Below are positions 26,992 through 36,994 of a stretch of DNA of 64,000 nucleotides, piece by piece. The position numbers and the translations under genes were made by a program. Source of the DNA: Rhizobium sp. Q54 (GTDB lineage Bacteria > Pseudomonadota > Alphaproteobacteria > Rickettsiales > UBA1997); contig CAMCMF010000003.1 of NCBI GenBank assembly GCA_945875865.1, positions 8,418 to 72,417 on the forward strand. Reading direction: 5' to 3'. Every line of letters starts with the position of its first letter. Within the stretch, counting starts at the first letter, position 1. The notes below the pieces were generated by a model. That model did not search any database. It was not told where the DNA came from and was given only the letters and a program-made list of their open reading frames with translations.

Positions 26992-28110
26992 ATGTTTGCC
27001 AAACCTCTCAGCCTTCTTTTAGTTTACATCGTCACAATTTTTAATATAGTTATTTTAGCCTCGCCAGTCCTTGCTGTAGCAGCTCCCTTCATGAGTTTTA
27101 AAAATTACACCATTGCCATGGATTACGGCACTTTTGACAAAATAAAATTCGCTTTTCTGCTGCTATTATTCGTTGTTAGCTTCTTGATGCTATGTTATTT
27201 GGTTTTGGATTTTCTTTTCGGATTCTCGTTGCGAGCTTCGCTAAAAAATTCTACCCGCTACGAAAAAATTAAAGATTATGATTTTTTAACCGACTTATTT
27301 GACCAAGTTAAAAATAAATTTGGCGAAAGATCGGTAAGACTTTATGTAAAAGATTCTGACGAAATAAATGCCTTTGCAGTTAGTAGTTTAGGGGGTCGCG
27401 CCATAGTTTTAACCAAAGGCCTAATCAATCATTACTTGGTTGAATGTCAGGATCCAAAAATGTTTTTATATGCTTTGCGCAGCGTTATTGGACATGAAAT
27501 GTCGCATCTAGTTAATAAGGATTTTCTGCCAACTTTTCTCATCATCACCAACCAAAAAATTACCAATTTTGTTTCTTCAACAATGCATGTGATTTTTTCC
27601 ATCGGTATAAGAATCATGAGCATGGTGCCATTTGGCGGTAGAACTAGCTCGCGCGTGATGTATGATACTTACAATGTATTGAATTTTGTTATCACTGCCT
27701 TCAATCGTTTTGTAGTTTACAACCTTTACGAATTCTTGCGCCGCTTCATTTCGCGCACTATTGAATATCGTTGTGATCGTCAATCAGCCAAAGCTTTTGG
27801 CGGACAAAATATGGCACTAGCCTTGTCGATGATGGGCGAGGGCGGTTATTTCACTTTATTTTCCACTCACCCAAAAACTAAATCGCGTATTAAAAAAGTT
27901 GAAAATGTCAAGATTCAAGACTCAATTGTGCGTCCAGGATTTTTCGATATTTTATCCAATTATTTTTCTCTGATGTTTTTAATTATTGGCTGTCTTTATT
28001 TCGCGAAGCAGGCTCACGTTGATTTGATGCTGCGGGAATATGTTAGAAATCATACTGCAATTAATCAAAAAGTTATGGGGACTTGGCAGATGATTTCACA
28101 TTTTTTTTAG
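26992..28110 (+). CDS. M48-family membrane metallopeptidase (HtpX-like)
   Basis: HEMSHL zinc motif flanked by TM segments. Confidence 0.7.
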   Translation: MFAKPLSLLLVYIVTIFNIVILASPVLAVAAPFMSFKNYTIAMDYGTFDKIKFAFLLLLFVVSFLMLCYLVLDFLFGFSLRASLKNSTRYEKIKDYDFLTDLFDQVKNKFGERSVRLYVKDSDEINAFAVSSLGGRAIVLTKGLINHYLVECQDPKMFLYALRSVIGHEMSHLVNKDFLPTFLIITNQKITNFVSSTMHVIFSIGIRIMSMVPFGGRTSSRVMYDTYNVLNFVITAFNRFVVYNLYEFLRRFISRTIEYRCDRQSAKAFGGQNMALALSMMGEGGYFTLFSTHPKTKSRIKKVENVKIQDSIVRPGFFDILSNYFSLMFLIIGCLYFAKQAHVDLMLREYVRNHTAINQKVMGTWQMISHFF

Positions 28111-29856
28111 ATGAAAAACTTCTCCACCATTTGTGAGTTGATATCTTTTCAAGCCTCTAATTTCAATAATTCGCGCGCTTTTAATTTTAAGGAAAATGGT
28201 GAATTAAAATCATTTTCTAATCAGGATTTTTTAGAAAAAACTTTTCACTTTGCTTGTGGGTTGCGTGAGTTGGGATTAAAACCGCAACAGACTCTAGCAA
28301 ATTATTCTTATCAAAATCCCATCTGGTTAATAGCTGATTTAGGCGCGATTTTAGCGGGCGCAGTGACGGTTCCAATTTTTCACGATATTTCGCAAGAAAA
28401 TTTATTTTACGAAATTTCTGATGCGGAAGTAAAATTTATTTTTACCGATAATCGCGAATTATTTAAATCGATCAAAGAAAAAAATCTTATTCTGCAAATC
28501 ATCACTTATGGATTTAGCTGCGATAATTCTATCCGTTTTGAAGATGTAATTTTATTGGGAAAAAAAGCGGCGGAAGAAAAAAAATATAATTTTGAAGATC
28601 TACAAAATTCTTGCTCACCGCAAGATTTAGCAACTATCATTTATACTTCGGGAAGCACGGGAGTGCCTAAGGGCGTTGAGTTGACGCATCTAAATTTAAT
28701 TTCACAAATCAAGGATACTCAAAAAGTTTTTCCGCTAAAATCGGATGATGTAGTTTTATCTTTTTTGCCTCTCGCCCATATTTTTGAACGCATGGTGATG
28801 ATGTTTTATATCACGCAGGGAGTTTCAATTTACTTCGCTGATGATGTAAAAAATGTTGGAAATACTTTACGTGAAGTTCATCCCAACCTCATGACCACAG
28901 TGCCGCGAGTTTTAGAAAAAGTTTTTGCGCGTATTTCTGAAGGTATCGAAAATGCTAATTTTTTTAAAAGAATGATCGGAAAATTAGCCTTGCGACGCGC
29001 TCTTAACAAAGATCCAAATGCTCCAAAAAATTTCTTCGATAAAATTTTCGATGCGCTGATTTACAAAAAGTTTCGTGAAGCTTTGGGTGGAAAAATGCGC
29101 ATGATCATTTGTGGTGGAGCTGCAACCTCAGAGGATTTAGAGCGTTTTTATAATAATGCCGGAATCAATCTTTTTTGTGGTTACGGTCTCACCGAAACTT
29201 CGCCGGTTTTGGCGGTAAATAATTTTGCCAATCATAAAATTGGCACGGTGGGCAAAGCTTTTCCTTCGGTGGAATTAAAAATTGAAGTCGATAAGGAATT
29301 GCTAGCGCGCGGGCCAAACGTGATGCGCGGCTATCACAAGCAATCAATAAAAACCGCGGAAGTGATGCAAGACGGTTGGTTTAAAACTGGCGATTTAGCT
29401 GAGATCGATGCTGAAGGTTTCGTCAAAATTATCGGACGCAAAAAAGAAATGTTCAAAAATGCCAATGGCAAATATGTAAGTCCGGTGCCGCTGGAGCAAA
29501 GGCTGATGCAGGAATTAGGATTTTTACTGGGCGCGATTGTAGTTGCGGAAGGAAAAAAATTTACCTCCGCTTTACTTTTTCCTGAATTTGAAACTTTAGA
29601 AAAATTCAAAAGAAAATTTAATTTTTCTGGCAGCGATAAGGAATTTTTATCTTCAGAAATTTTGCATAAATTCGTTGAAGAAAAACTCCAATCGCTAAAT
29701 GAAAAATTAAATCACTGGGAACAAATTCAGAAATTTTATATCGCCTTGGAGTCAATATCCATCGAGTCTGGCGAGATCACTCCTTCGATGAAACTGAAGA
29801 GAAATGTGTTGGAAGCAAAATATAAAAAGATCATCGACGAATTTTATTCTAGCTAA
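28111..29856 (+). CDS. long-chain acyl-CoA synthetase (AMP-forming)
   Basis: AMP-binding signature YTSGSTGVPKG, plus GYGLTETS and ...TGD...GR.K. Confidence 0.8.
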   Translation: MKNFSTICELISFQASNFNNSRAFNFKENGELKSFSNQDFLEKTFHFACGLRELGLKPQQTLANYSYQNPIWLIADLGAILAGAVTVPIFHDISQENLFYEISDAEVKFIFTDNRELFKSIKEKNLILQIITYGFSCDNSIRFEDVILLGKKAAEEKKYNFEDLQNSCSPQDLATIIYTSGSTGVPKGVELTHLNLISQIKDTQKVFPLKSDDVVLSFLPLAHIFERMVMMFYITQGVSIYFADDVKNVGNTLREVHPNLMTTVPRVLEKVFARISEGIENANFFKRMIGKLALRRALNKDPNAPKNFFDKIFDALIYKKFREALGGKMRMIICGGAATSEDLERFYNNAGINLFCGYGLTETSPVLAVNNFANHKIGTVGKAFPSVELKIEVDKELLARGPNVMRGYHKQSIKTAEVMQDGWFKTGDLAEIDAEGFVKIIGRKKEMFKNANGKYVSPVPLEQRLMQELGFLLGAIVVAEGKKFTSALLFPEFETLEKFKRKFNFSGSDKEFLSSEILHKFVEEKLQSLNEKLNHWEQIQKFYIALESISIESGEITPSMKLKRNVLEAKYKKIIDEFYSS

Positions 29857-30742
29857 TCTTAATTCCCCATTTTTGTCCGAGATATTTTTCAATTGATTGG
29901 CGTTGTTCAGTTTTTAATGCGCGATCAAAAATTATAATTTCACCAATATCGCCATCGAAAGAAGCGCCCACCGCGGCCGCCGCAATTGATCCTATGCCCA
30001 AAGAAGTATAGCCGGAATTGCCGTGACTTTCTGTAAAACTAGTAGCGGTTCCACCATTGAGATAGGCGTTAGAGCCGCTGCTGACGCTATTTTGAAGGAT
30101 CAAAGAAATTAGCGTGATATTGGCGCTGTTAATATTGGCGACGGTAGAGAATGCTGCTCCGTTAGAAACTCCACCACTGCCAGCAATAGCGCTATGTTTG
30201 GCGCAGATGAATCTGTCCCACGAGCCATTATCATGTCCAATAATACATTGATCTGCAGCCGATCCAATTCTTTTAAAGACGATAAAGAATGTCATGTTGG
30301 GGTTTACTGTATAATTGATATCAAGTGCGGCTGACAGATTGGTGGAGGCGGCATTAGTAAATCTAAGCGCAGGAAGTCCGTTGATGGAATTGGTAATATA
30401 GTTTGGTTGATTTGCTCCAGTTGCTTGAAGGGCATTAATTTTGGTGATAACTTGTGGATTGCCGTCATTCCATCTGCCGATGGCATCGTTATTATCAGGC
30501 TTGGGAACGTTAGTGTAAGTTCCGGCGGTTCCGGTAGCAAAAGAATTGTCTGAAGTTGCTTCCAGCCACAAAGCAAGATTATTAATGGAGGTCACCGGAG
30601 AGCTTTTGGTTAATTGCTGCGCAGTGACTAATCTCATTTCTGCAACTAGTCTAGAGCTTTGAGTAACGCCAGCTACAAGAATTCCGATAATGAGGATTAC
30701 GATCGAAAGTTCGATCAGTGAAAATGCGGAATTTTTTTTCAT
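29849..30742 (-). CDS. prepilin-type N-terminal domain protein with a LamG/ConA-like C-terminal domain (paralogue 1)
   Basis: MKKNSA/FSLIELSIVILIIGILVAGV (type IV pilin-like leader and hydrophobic helix); C-terminus ...FDGDIGEIIIFDRALKTEQRQSIEKYLGQKWGI is typical of LamG-type jelly-roll ends; ATGA overlap with the bioA stop. Confidence 0.6.
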   Translation of the reverse strand: MKKNSAFSLIELSIVILIIGILVAGVTQSSRLVAEMRLVTAQQLTKSSPVTSINNLALWLEATSDNSFATGTAGTYTNVPKPDNNDAIGRWNDGNPQVITKINALQATGANQPNYITNSINGLPALRFTNAASTNLSAALDINYTVNPNMTFFIVFKRIGSAADQCIIGHDNGSWDRFICAKHSAIAGSGGVSNGAAFSTVANINSANITLISLILQNSVSSGSNAYLNGGTATSFTESHGNSGYTSLGIGSIAAAAVGASFDGDIGEIIIFDRALKTEQRQSIEKYLGQKWGIKIS

Positions 30743-32019
30743 GATAAAATTTTGAAAATTGAATTAGTGATCTTTTTTAATTCTGATTTTTTGATGGTAA
30801 GAGCTGGCATGATGTAGATGCAATCGCCAAAAGGACGAAGAAAAATTCCTGCGGCAATGAATTTTTTTCTTAAGGAGATAATTTTTTTTCTATCCGCAGA
30901 AATTTCTACCACGCCAATTGCACCAAAGCTGCGCACATCTTTTACGCCTTTTAAATTTCGGCACTTCTCCAATTCTGTTTTTAGAATTTTTTCAATTTCT
31001 AAAGTTTTTTGTTCGTAATTTTCTTTTTCAAAAAGATCCAAAGAAGCGTTGGCGGCAGCACAAGCAAGAGCATTGCCCATAAAAGTTGGACCATGCATCA
31101 AAGCTAAATCAAGCGAATTCCCGGAAAATTTTTCAAAGATTTTTTTTGTTACCAAAGTGGCGGCGAGAGTCATGGTTCCGCCAGTCAGGGCTTTTCCTAA
31201 AACTAAAATATCCGGTTGGATTTTGGCGTGATTGAAGGCGAATTTTTTTCCGGTGCGATAAAATCCTACTGCACATTCATCGGCGATAAAAATCACTTGA
31301 TGTTTTTTTGCGATGGTAAAAATTTCATGTAAAATTTTTGCTTCATGAAAGCGCATGCCACCAGCGCATTGAACGAGAGGCTCAATAAAAATTCCGGCGA
31401 GAATTGTTTTATTTTTTACGATAAATTGTTCAAATTTTTTGAGATCATTTTTATTTTGTGGCAGCTGAAGAGAAAAATTTTTGAGCAAAAGTTTTTCAAA
31501 TTTTTGATGCATGCCATCCGACATATCAGCAAGAGACATCGCACCCGTAGTGTCGCCGTGATAAGAATTTTTAAATGAAATAAATTTGGTTTTATTTTTT
31601 TCGCCAGAATTTCCGGAATTTATGTGAAGTTGCCAAGCAATTTTCATCGCAACTTCAATTGCAGTCGAACCAGAATCAGAAAAAAATACCCGATCCATCG
31701 CCGAGAATTTGCACAAACGATGAGCTAGTTTGTAAGTCGTTTCATTCGCCATTCCCGCCAACATTACGTGCGGTAAAAGTTTAGCTTGTTTGATGATTTC
31801 AGAAATTATGTGAGGATGATTATAGCCATGAGCAACAGACCACCAAGAGGCAATTCCATCAATTAAAACGCTACCATCTTTTAGAAAAATTTTTGAACCC
31901 TTAGCGGTTTTTACCTCAAGTTGCGGCAAATGATTTTTCATTTGAGTGTAAGGCAGCCAAATGTGTTTTTCTCCAAGAAGGGGTCTGACCCCTTTATTTT
32001 TTTTTATTATTTTGCCCAC
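30739..32019 (-). CDS. bioA: adenosylmethionine-8-amino-7-oxononanoate aminotransferase
   Basis: ...HIWLPYTQMK...ASWWSVAHGYNHP...FIADECAVGFYRTGK... Confidence 0.85.
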   Translation of the reverse strand: MGKIIKKNKGVRPLLGEKHIWLPYTQMKNHLPQLEVKTAKGSKIFLKDGSVLIDGIASWWSVAHGYNHPHIISEIIKQAKLLPHVMLAGMANETTYKLAHRLCKFSAMDRVFFSDSGSTAIEVAMKIAWQLHINSGNSGEKNKTKFISFKNSYHGDTTGAMSLADMSDGMHQKFEKLLLKNFSLQLPQNKNDLKKFEQFIVKNKTILAGIFIEPLVQCAGGMRFHEAKILHEIFTIAKKHQVIFIADECAVGFYRTGKKFAFNHAKIQPDILVLGKALTGGTMTLAATLVTKKIFEKFSGNSLDLALMHGPTFMGNALACAAANASLDLFEKENYEQKTLEIEKILKTELEKCRNLKGVKDVRSFGAIGVVEISADRKKIISLRKKFIAAGIFLRPFGDCIYIMPALTIKKSELKKITNSIFKILS

Positions 32020-32705
32020 TCGCTGCCAGAAAATTTTGAAGTTAGATGTTGTTTGGCTTTTTCTGCTTCTGACTTCAAGCCGATTTTATCGTAAATTTCG
32101 CTAAGACGGAAATAGGCTTCGGCAACTTGATTTGTTTGACGATAGCGCGAGATCACTTCATTGAAACTGGCAATGGCTCCGACGTAATTTTTTATTTTCA
32201 TTTGATAGCGACCGACCGACATTTTTGCGCCAGCTAAATGTTCATCGATGAAGATGATTTTATCGCGGCAATCTGCGGCGTAATCACTGAAAGGAAAACG
32301 TGCGATTAATTCGCGAAAAGCAAAAGAAGCTTGCTGAGTATCATCTTGCGCACGTTGGATATTTGGGATGCGATTATAGTAGGAGAGGCCTTTCATGTAG
32401 AGGACGTAGGATGAATATTCGCTGGTGGAATTTAGGCGTAAAAAATCGTCAGAATTTTGTACCATCTTGTCGTAATTTTCATCCTTGTAGTAAGAATAAA
32501 TCACCATCACTTTTGACTTCACCGCCCATCTTGAAAAAGGAAATTCATCATCAATTTTTTCAAATTCCTTAGCTGCTTCGGAGTAATTTTTATCTTTTAA
32601 ATAATCCATCGCCTTGATGTAGGAAAATTCGGCGCCGATTTTTTCTTCTTTTTTAGCGCAAGAAAAAAGCAAGCTGGTGAGTAAAATTAAATAAATAATT
32701 TTCAT
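32007..32705 (-). CDS. bamD: outer-membrane protein assembly factor BamD
   Basis: Lipoprotein signal LLTSLLFSCAKK; TPR-like repeats; about 230 aa. Confidence 0.7.
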   Translation of the reverse strand: MKIIYLILLTSLLFSCAKKEEKIGAEFSYIKAMDYLKDKNYSEAAKEFEKIDDEFPFSRWAVKSKVMVIYSYYKDENYDKMVQNSDDFLRLNSTSEYSSYVLYMKGLSYYNRIPNIQRAQDDTQQASFAFRELIARFPFSDYAADCRDKIIFIDEHLAGAKMSVGRYQMKIKNYVGAIASFNEVISRYRQTNQVAEAYFRLSEIYDKIGLKSEAEKAKQHLTSKFSGSEWAK

Positions 32706-34009
32706 GATTTTCTGATGTCGATACTAAATTTATGAGCATCAAGACCTTCGCATGCAGCAAGAATTGACGTGGCTTTTGCCAATTTATCAAAAGATTTTTT
32801 ATCGCAGGAAATTAGTGAAATTCTTTTTAAAAAATCAAAAACCGAAAGGCCGCTGGAAAATTTTGCTGAGGCGGAAGTTGGTAGAGTGTGACTTGGTCCT
32901 GCAGTGTAATCGCCGATACTTTCCGGAGTATATTCGCCTAAAAAAACTGCGCCAGCATTCTGAATTTTTGGTAAAAATTTCTGTGCATTTTTGGCGATTA
33001 TTTGCAAATGTTCTGGGGCAATAAAATTAGATAAATGTGTGGCATCTTCGAGATTTTTAATCACAAAAATTGCCGAATTTTTTAGCGATTCATCAATAAT
33101 TTTTTCACGGGGCAATTGGGCTTTGAAATAAGAAATTGCTGCAGAAATTTTGATCGCTAATTCCTCACTATCTGTGATTATGAAGGCTTTGGAATCATGT
33201 CCATGTTCAAGCTGCGAAAGCGCGTCAGCGGCGATGAAGTCGGCATTGCTATTTTTTTCGGCAATGATTGTTACATCAGTTGGGCCAGCAATCATGTCAA
33301 TTCCCACATCGCCAAAAACCATTTTTTTTGCGGTGGCAACGAAGGCATTTCCGGGACCAAAAATTTTATCAACTTTTTTAACAGTTTTGGTGCCATATGT
33401 CAGAGCTGCAATTGCTTGAGCACCGCCGATTTTATAAATTGTTTTTACATCGCAAATTTTGGCAGCGAATAAAACTGCTGGATTGATTTTTCCGCCAGAT
33501 GTTGGAGCGCAAATCGAAATATTTTTTACACCAGAAACTAAAGCTGGCACCGCTGACATTAAAACTGAGCTTGGATAAGAAGCGGTTCCTCCCGGAACAT
33601 AAATTCCAACTGATTCAATGGCGCGCCAGTGATTGCCGAGTGTGACGCCAATTTTATCTTTGAAAGTAAAATCTTTAGGAAGTTGTTTTTGGTGATAAGT
33701 TTTGATGCGAGCAAATGAAAGCTTGAGTGCAGCTTTGATTTTTGGATCAAGCGACTTTTCGGCAGCGGCGATTTCTTTTTCACTCACCAAGAGATCAGCA
33801 GCTTTTTTGAAATTGGTTTTATCGAATTTATTGCAGTAAGAAATTAATGCCGCGTCATCTTTTTTTTGAACTGTCTTGATGATTTTGCTAACAGTTTTTT
33901 CGACATTTAAATCAGATTTTTGGGACTTGATTAAAAACTTGTAGAAGCCTGATTTTTCAAGTCCCAGCAGTTGCGACGAGATTTTTTTTTCGATTAAAAA
34001 AATTTGCAT
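32702..34009 (-). CDS. hisD: histidinol dehydrogenase
   Basis: ...VGIYVPGGTASYPSSVLM...AGPTDV...SQLEHG...GDY.AGPSHTLPT...; start taken at ATG 34009. Confidence 0.85.
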   Translation of the reverse strand: MQIFLIEKKISSQLLGLEKSGFYKFLIKSQKSDLNVEKTVSKIIKTVQKKDDAALISYCNKFDKTNFKKAADLLVSEKEIAAAEKSLDPKIKAALKLSFARIKTYHQKQLPKDFTFKDKIGVTLGNHWRAIESVGIYVPGGTASYPSSVLMSAVPALVSGVKNISICAPTSGGKINPAVLFAAKICDVKTIYKIGGAQAIAALTYGTKTVKKVDKIFGPGNAFVATAKKMVFGDVGIDMIAGPTDVTIIAEKNSNADFIAADALSQLEHGHDSKAFIITDSEELAIKISAAISYFKAQLPREKIIDESLKNSAIFVIKNLEDATHLSNFIAPEHLQIIAKNAQKFLPKIQNAGAVFLGEYTPESIGDYTAGPSHTLPTSASAKFSSGLSVFDFLKRISLISCDKKSFDKLAKATSILAACEGLDAHKFSIDIRKS

Positions 34010-34010
34010 T

Positions 34011-34517
34011 TTATTGGCGTAACATTCTAACTTTTTGTCCAACTTTAAGACCTAATTTTTTAGCTAATCCGGCATTAATTTCTAAAACTTTTACAACTTC
34101 TCTTTGTGAGGAAATGAGGTCGGGAGAATGTGGAGTAGTATCGCTTGCAACTGAAGAAATCTCATTATCAGAATCGATAAAAATCATATCGAGTGGAATG
34201 TTGGTATTTTTCATCCACATGTTCACCAATTGACTGTAGGGAAATATAAAAACCATGCCGTTATTTTGTGGTAAATAATCAAGATTCATCAAGCCATACA
34301 TTTTCTTTTTATCGGAGTCGGCAATGGCGACTTTGAAGCTTGCGATCTTGGCTTCATTCTCATCAAAAATATCGAGATTGACGTTGTAGTTTTTGAAGTC
34401 GCGATTAAATTTTGATAATTCTGTATCACTAATATCTCTAGGGATCTGTAGGGCTATGAAACCGACACCTAAGCAAATTAAAATAAAAATAGTGAAACGT
34501 TTTACATCAAATTTCAT
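34011..34517 (-). CDS. DUF192-family protein
   Basis: N-terminal TM anchor; ...GLMNLDYLPQNNGMVFIF...MWMKNTNIPLDMIFID... is typical of DUF192 (COG1430). Confidence 0.6.
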   Translation of the reverse strand: MKFDVKRFTIFILICLGVGFIALQIPRDISDTELSKFNRDFKNYNVNLDIFDENEAKIASFKVAIADSDKKKMYGLMNLDYLPQNNGMVFIFPYSQLVNMWMKNTNIPLDMIFIDSDNEISSVASDTTPHSPDLISSQREVVKVLEINAGLAKKLGLKVGQKVRMLRQ

Positions 34518-34530
34518 ATTGAATCTTTGC

Positions 34531-35073
34531 ATGGTTTTAAGCTGTGAAATTTTGTTTTGTGGCTTTGCAGAGGCTGCAACAAAATCGAAGTTGGAAACTT
34601 CGGAATCGCCTACCAGAATAAGGTCCGATATCATGGACATCAAGCGAAAATCTCAGGCAATAACTTTCACAAATAATGTGGTGGTAGAAAAAGATGATAG
34701 CTCACTTTTAGCGCAAAAAATGATCGTGCTTTATGATGACAAAAAAAAAGATGGTTCAGAATCTTCAATTCGCAGAATTGATGCCACGGATAATGTAAAA
34801 ATTTTCAGCGAGGAATTTGTTGCTAGCGGTGATTATGGATTTTATGAACCAGCTAAATCGATTTTTGTTTTAGAGAAAAATGTCATCGTCAATAACGGCA
34901 CTTCAATTGCCAGCGGCGATAAATTTGTCTATGATACTCAAACCAAAAGAGGCAACTTTGTCGGTAAGAAAAATGAAACATCTATTGCTGGCAATGGCGG
35001 CGATAAAAGGGTTATCATCGTAATTGGCAATGATCCTAATGATCCAAAAGATTCCAAGAAATCAAAAAAATAA
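34531..35073 (+). CDS. lptA: LPS export periplasmic protein LptA-like (OstA N-terminal fold)
   Basis: Signal peptide, beta-rich repeats (...[23 protein letters not shown]...), directly followed by lptB. Confidence 0.6.
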   Translation: MVLSCEILFCGFAEAATKSKLETSESPTRIRSDIMDIKRKSQAITFTNNVVVEKDDSSLLAQKMIVLYDDKKKDGSESSIRRIDATDNVKIFSEEFVASGDYGFYEPAKSIFVLEKNVIVNNGTSIASGDKFVYDTQTKRGNFVGKKNETSIAGNGGDKRVIIVIGNDPNDPKDSKKSKK

Positions 35074-35074
35074 A

Positions 35075-35803
35075 ATGAACAAAAAGATTCTAAGCGCTAA
35101 AAATCTCAGCAAATCCTACGGCAAAAAAACTGTTATTCGCGATGTCAGTCTCGACATTTCACAAGGCGAGGTTGTTGGGCTTTTAGGTCCTAATGGTGCG
35201 GGGAAAACCACATCTTTTTACATGATTGTCGGACTTGTGGCAGTTGGTTCTGGCAATATTTTTATCGACTCTCTCGATATTACCAACATGCCGATGTATC
35301 AACGTGCGCGCCTCGGCATCGGCTATTTGCCGCAAGAAGCTTCAATTTTTCGCGGCATGAATGTTGAGGATAATATCTATTCAGTTTTGGAAATTGCTGA
35401 AGCAAATGAGATTAAGCGCAAAGAGCGTTTGGAACAATTGTTGGAAGAATTTTCCATCACTCATATCAGAAAATCTCACGCACTTTCGCTTTCCGGAGGT
35501 GAAAGAAGACGAGTTGAAATCGCTCGCGCTTTGGCGACAAACCCTTCATTCATTTTACTCGATGAACCCTTTGCTGGTATCGATCCAATCGCAGTTAATG
35601 ATATTCGTAAAATGGTGACACATCTCAAAGATCGTGGCATCGGTGTTTTAATTACTGATCACAATGTGCGCGAAACCCTCTCCATTGTTGATCGCGCTTA
35701 TATTGTTTATGATGGCATGATTCTTGCTTCTGGCTCGAAGGAAGAAATCGTTGATGATGAGAGAGTGCGTCGCGTCTATCTTGGAGAAGATTTTAAGATC
35801 TAA
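35075..35803 (+). CDS. lptB: LPS export ABC transporter ATP-binding protein
   Basis: Walker [10 protein letters not shown], signature [15 protein letters not shown], Walker [13 protein letters not shown]. Confidence 0.9.
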   Translation: MNKKILSAKNLSKSYGKKTVIRDVSLDISQGEVVGLLGPNGAGKTTSFYMIVGLVAVGSGNIFIDSLDITNMPMYQRARLGIGYLPQEASIFRGMNVEDNIYSVLEIAEANEIKRKERLEQLLEEFSITHIRKSHALSLSGGERRRVEIARALATNPSFILLDEPFAGIDPIAVNDIRKMVTHLKDRGIGVLITDHNVRETLSIVDRAYIVYDGMILASGSKEEIVDDERVRRVYLGEDFKI

Positions 35804-35821
35804 CAATCAACCATTTAAATC

Positions 35822-36994
35822 TTGCAAAAACTAATCAAAACATTTTTCAAATCAGAAGTGGCGGTGGGCATATCTTTAACGATAGCTGCCATTCTTGCTT
35901 TGATGATTTCCAATTCTACTAGCTACCAAATCTATCAGGATTTTTTTGCAATTAATCTGCCGTTGAGCCTTGATTTTATTGGCATCAGCAAAGAGATGAC
36001 TTTGCTTGATTGGATCAATGATTTTTTGATGGCGATATTTTTTCTCTTGGTTGGTTTGGAGTTAAAAAAAGAAATTTTGCTCGGTGAACTTTCAACAAAT
36101 ACTAAAAGATATCTGCCTTTTATCGCAGCTTGCGGTGGTGTAATTATGCCGATTTTAATCTTCTGTTTTTTCAATAAAGGAAATGCCGAAAATATGCGCG
36201 GCTTCGCTATTCCTTGCGCCACCGATATTGCTTTTGCTTACGGAGCAATCGCGCTTTTTGGTAAAAAAATTTCTAATTCGCTAAAAGTTTTTGTAGTGGC
36301 GCTGGCGGTGATTGATGATCTGATCGCAATTCTGATCATCGCTTTTTTCTATTCAGACAATATCGATTTAACCTATATTTTGCTAAGCTGCTTTGCTTTG
36401 TTGCTGTTGGCGATTTTAAATTTTTTCTCCGTCAAAAAAATTCTTCCTTATCTGCTTTGTGGAATATTTTTATGGCTAATGGTTCTAAAAACCGGAATTC
36501 ATGCCAGCTTGGCGGGCGTGCTTTTATCGATGTTTATTCCGATGAAAGTAAGTAACGAACCTCTGCTTCCGAAGCTAGCTCATCAAATTGCGCCGGCGGT
36601 AAATTTTTTAATTCTACCAATTTTTGCTTTTGCTAATGCCGGAGTGCGCATCGAGAATTTTTCTTACGATATTTTTTTACAGCCGGTGGTTTTGGGGATT
36701 GTTGCCGGACTATTTTTTGGCAAACAAATCGGCGTTATGCTATTCAGCTTCATTGCGATAAAATTAAAAATTTCTGCAATGCCGAGTGGTGCTAATTGGC
36801 TAGAGCTTTATATCGCAGCGATTTTCACTGCCATTGGTTTTACCATGAGTCTTTTCATCGCTGGGCTTTCTTTTGATACAAATCAGCAATTATTTGATGA
36901 GGCTAAAATTGGGATTTTATTTGGATCTTTATTGTCGGTTATTTTTGCCAGTTTGATAATTTTTATTATCAAACCAACCAATAATAAAAAATGA
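35822..36994 (+). CDS. nhaA: Na+/H+ antiporter NhaA
   Basis: About 390 aa, 12 TM; ...FFLLVGLELKKE...IPCATDIAFA...VIDDLIAILIIA... (NhaA DD motif); TTG start. Confidence 0.85.
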   Translation: MQKLIKTFFKSEVAVGISLTIAAILALMISNSTSYQIYQDFFAINLPLSLDFIGISKEMTLLDWINDFLMAIFFLLVGLELKKEILLGELSTNTKRYLPFIAACGGVIMPILIFCFFNKGNAENMRGFAIPCATDIAFAYGAIALFGKKISNSLKVFVVALAVIDDLIAILIIAFFYSDNIDLTYILLSCFALLLLAILNFFSVKKILPYLLCGIFLWLMVLKTGIHASLAGVLLSMFIPMKVSNEPLLPKLAHQIAPAVNFLILPIFAFANAGVRIENFSYDIFLQPVVLGIVAGLFFGKQIGVMLFSFIAIKLKISAMPSGANWLELYIAAIFTAIGFTMSLFIAGLSFDTNQQLFDEAKIGILFGSLLSVIFASLIIFIIKPTNNKK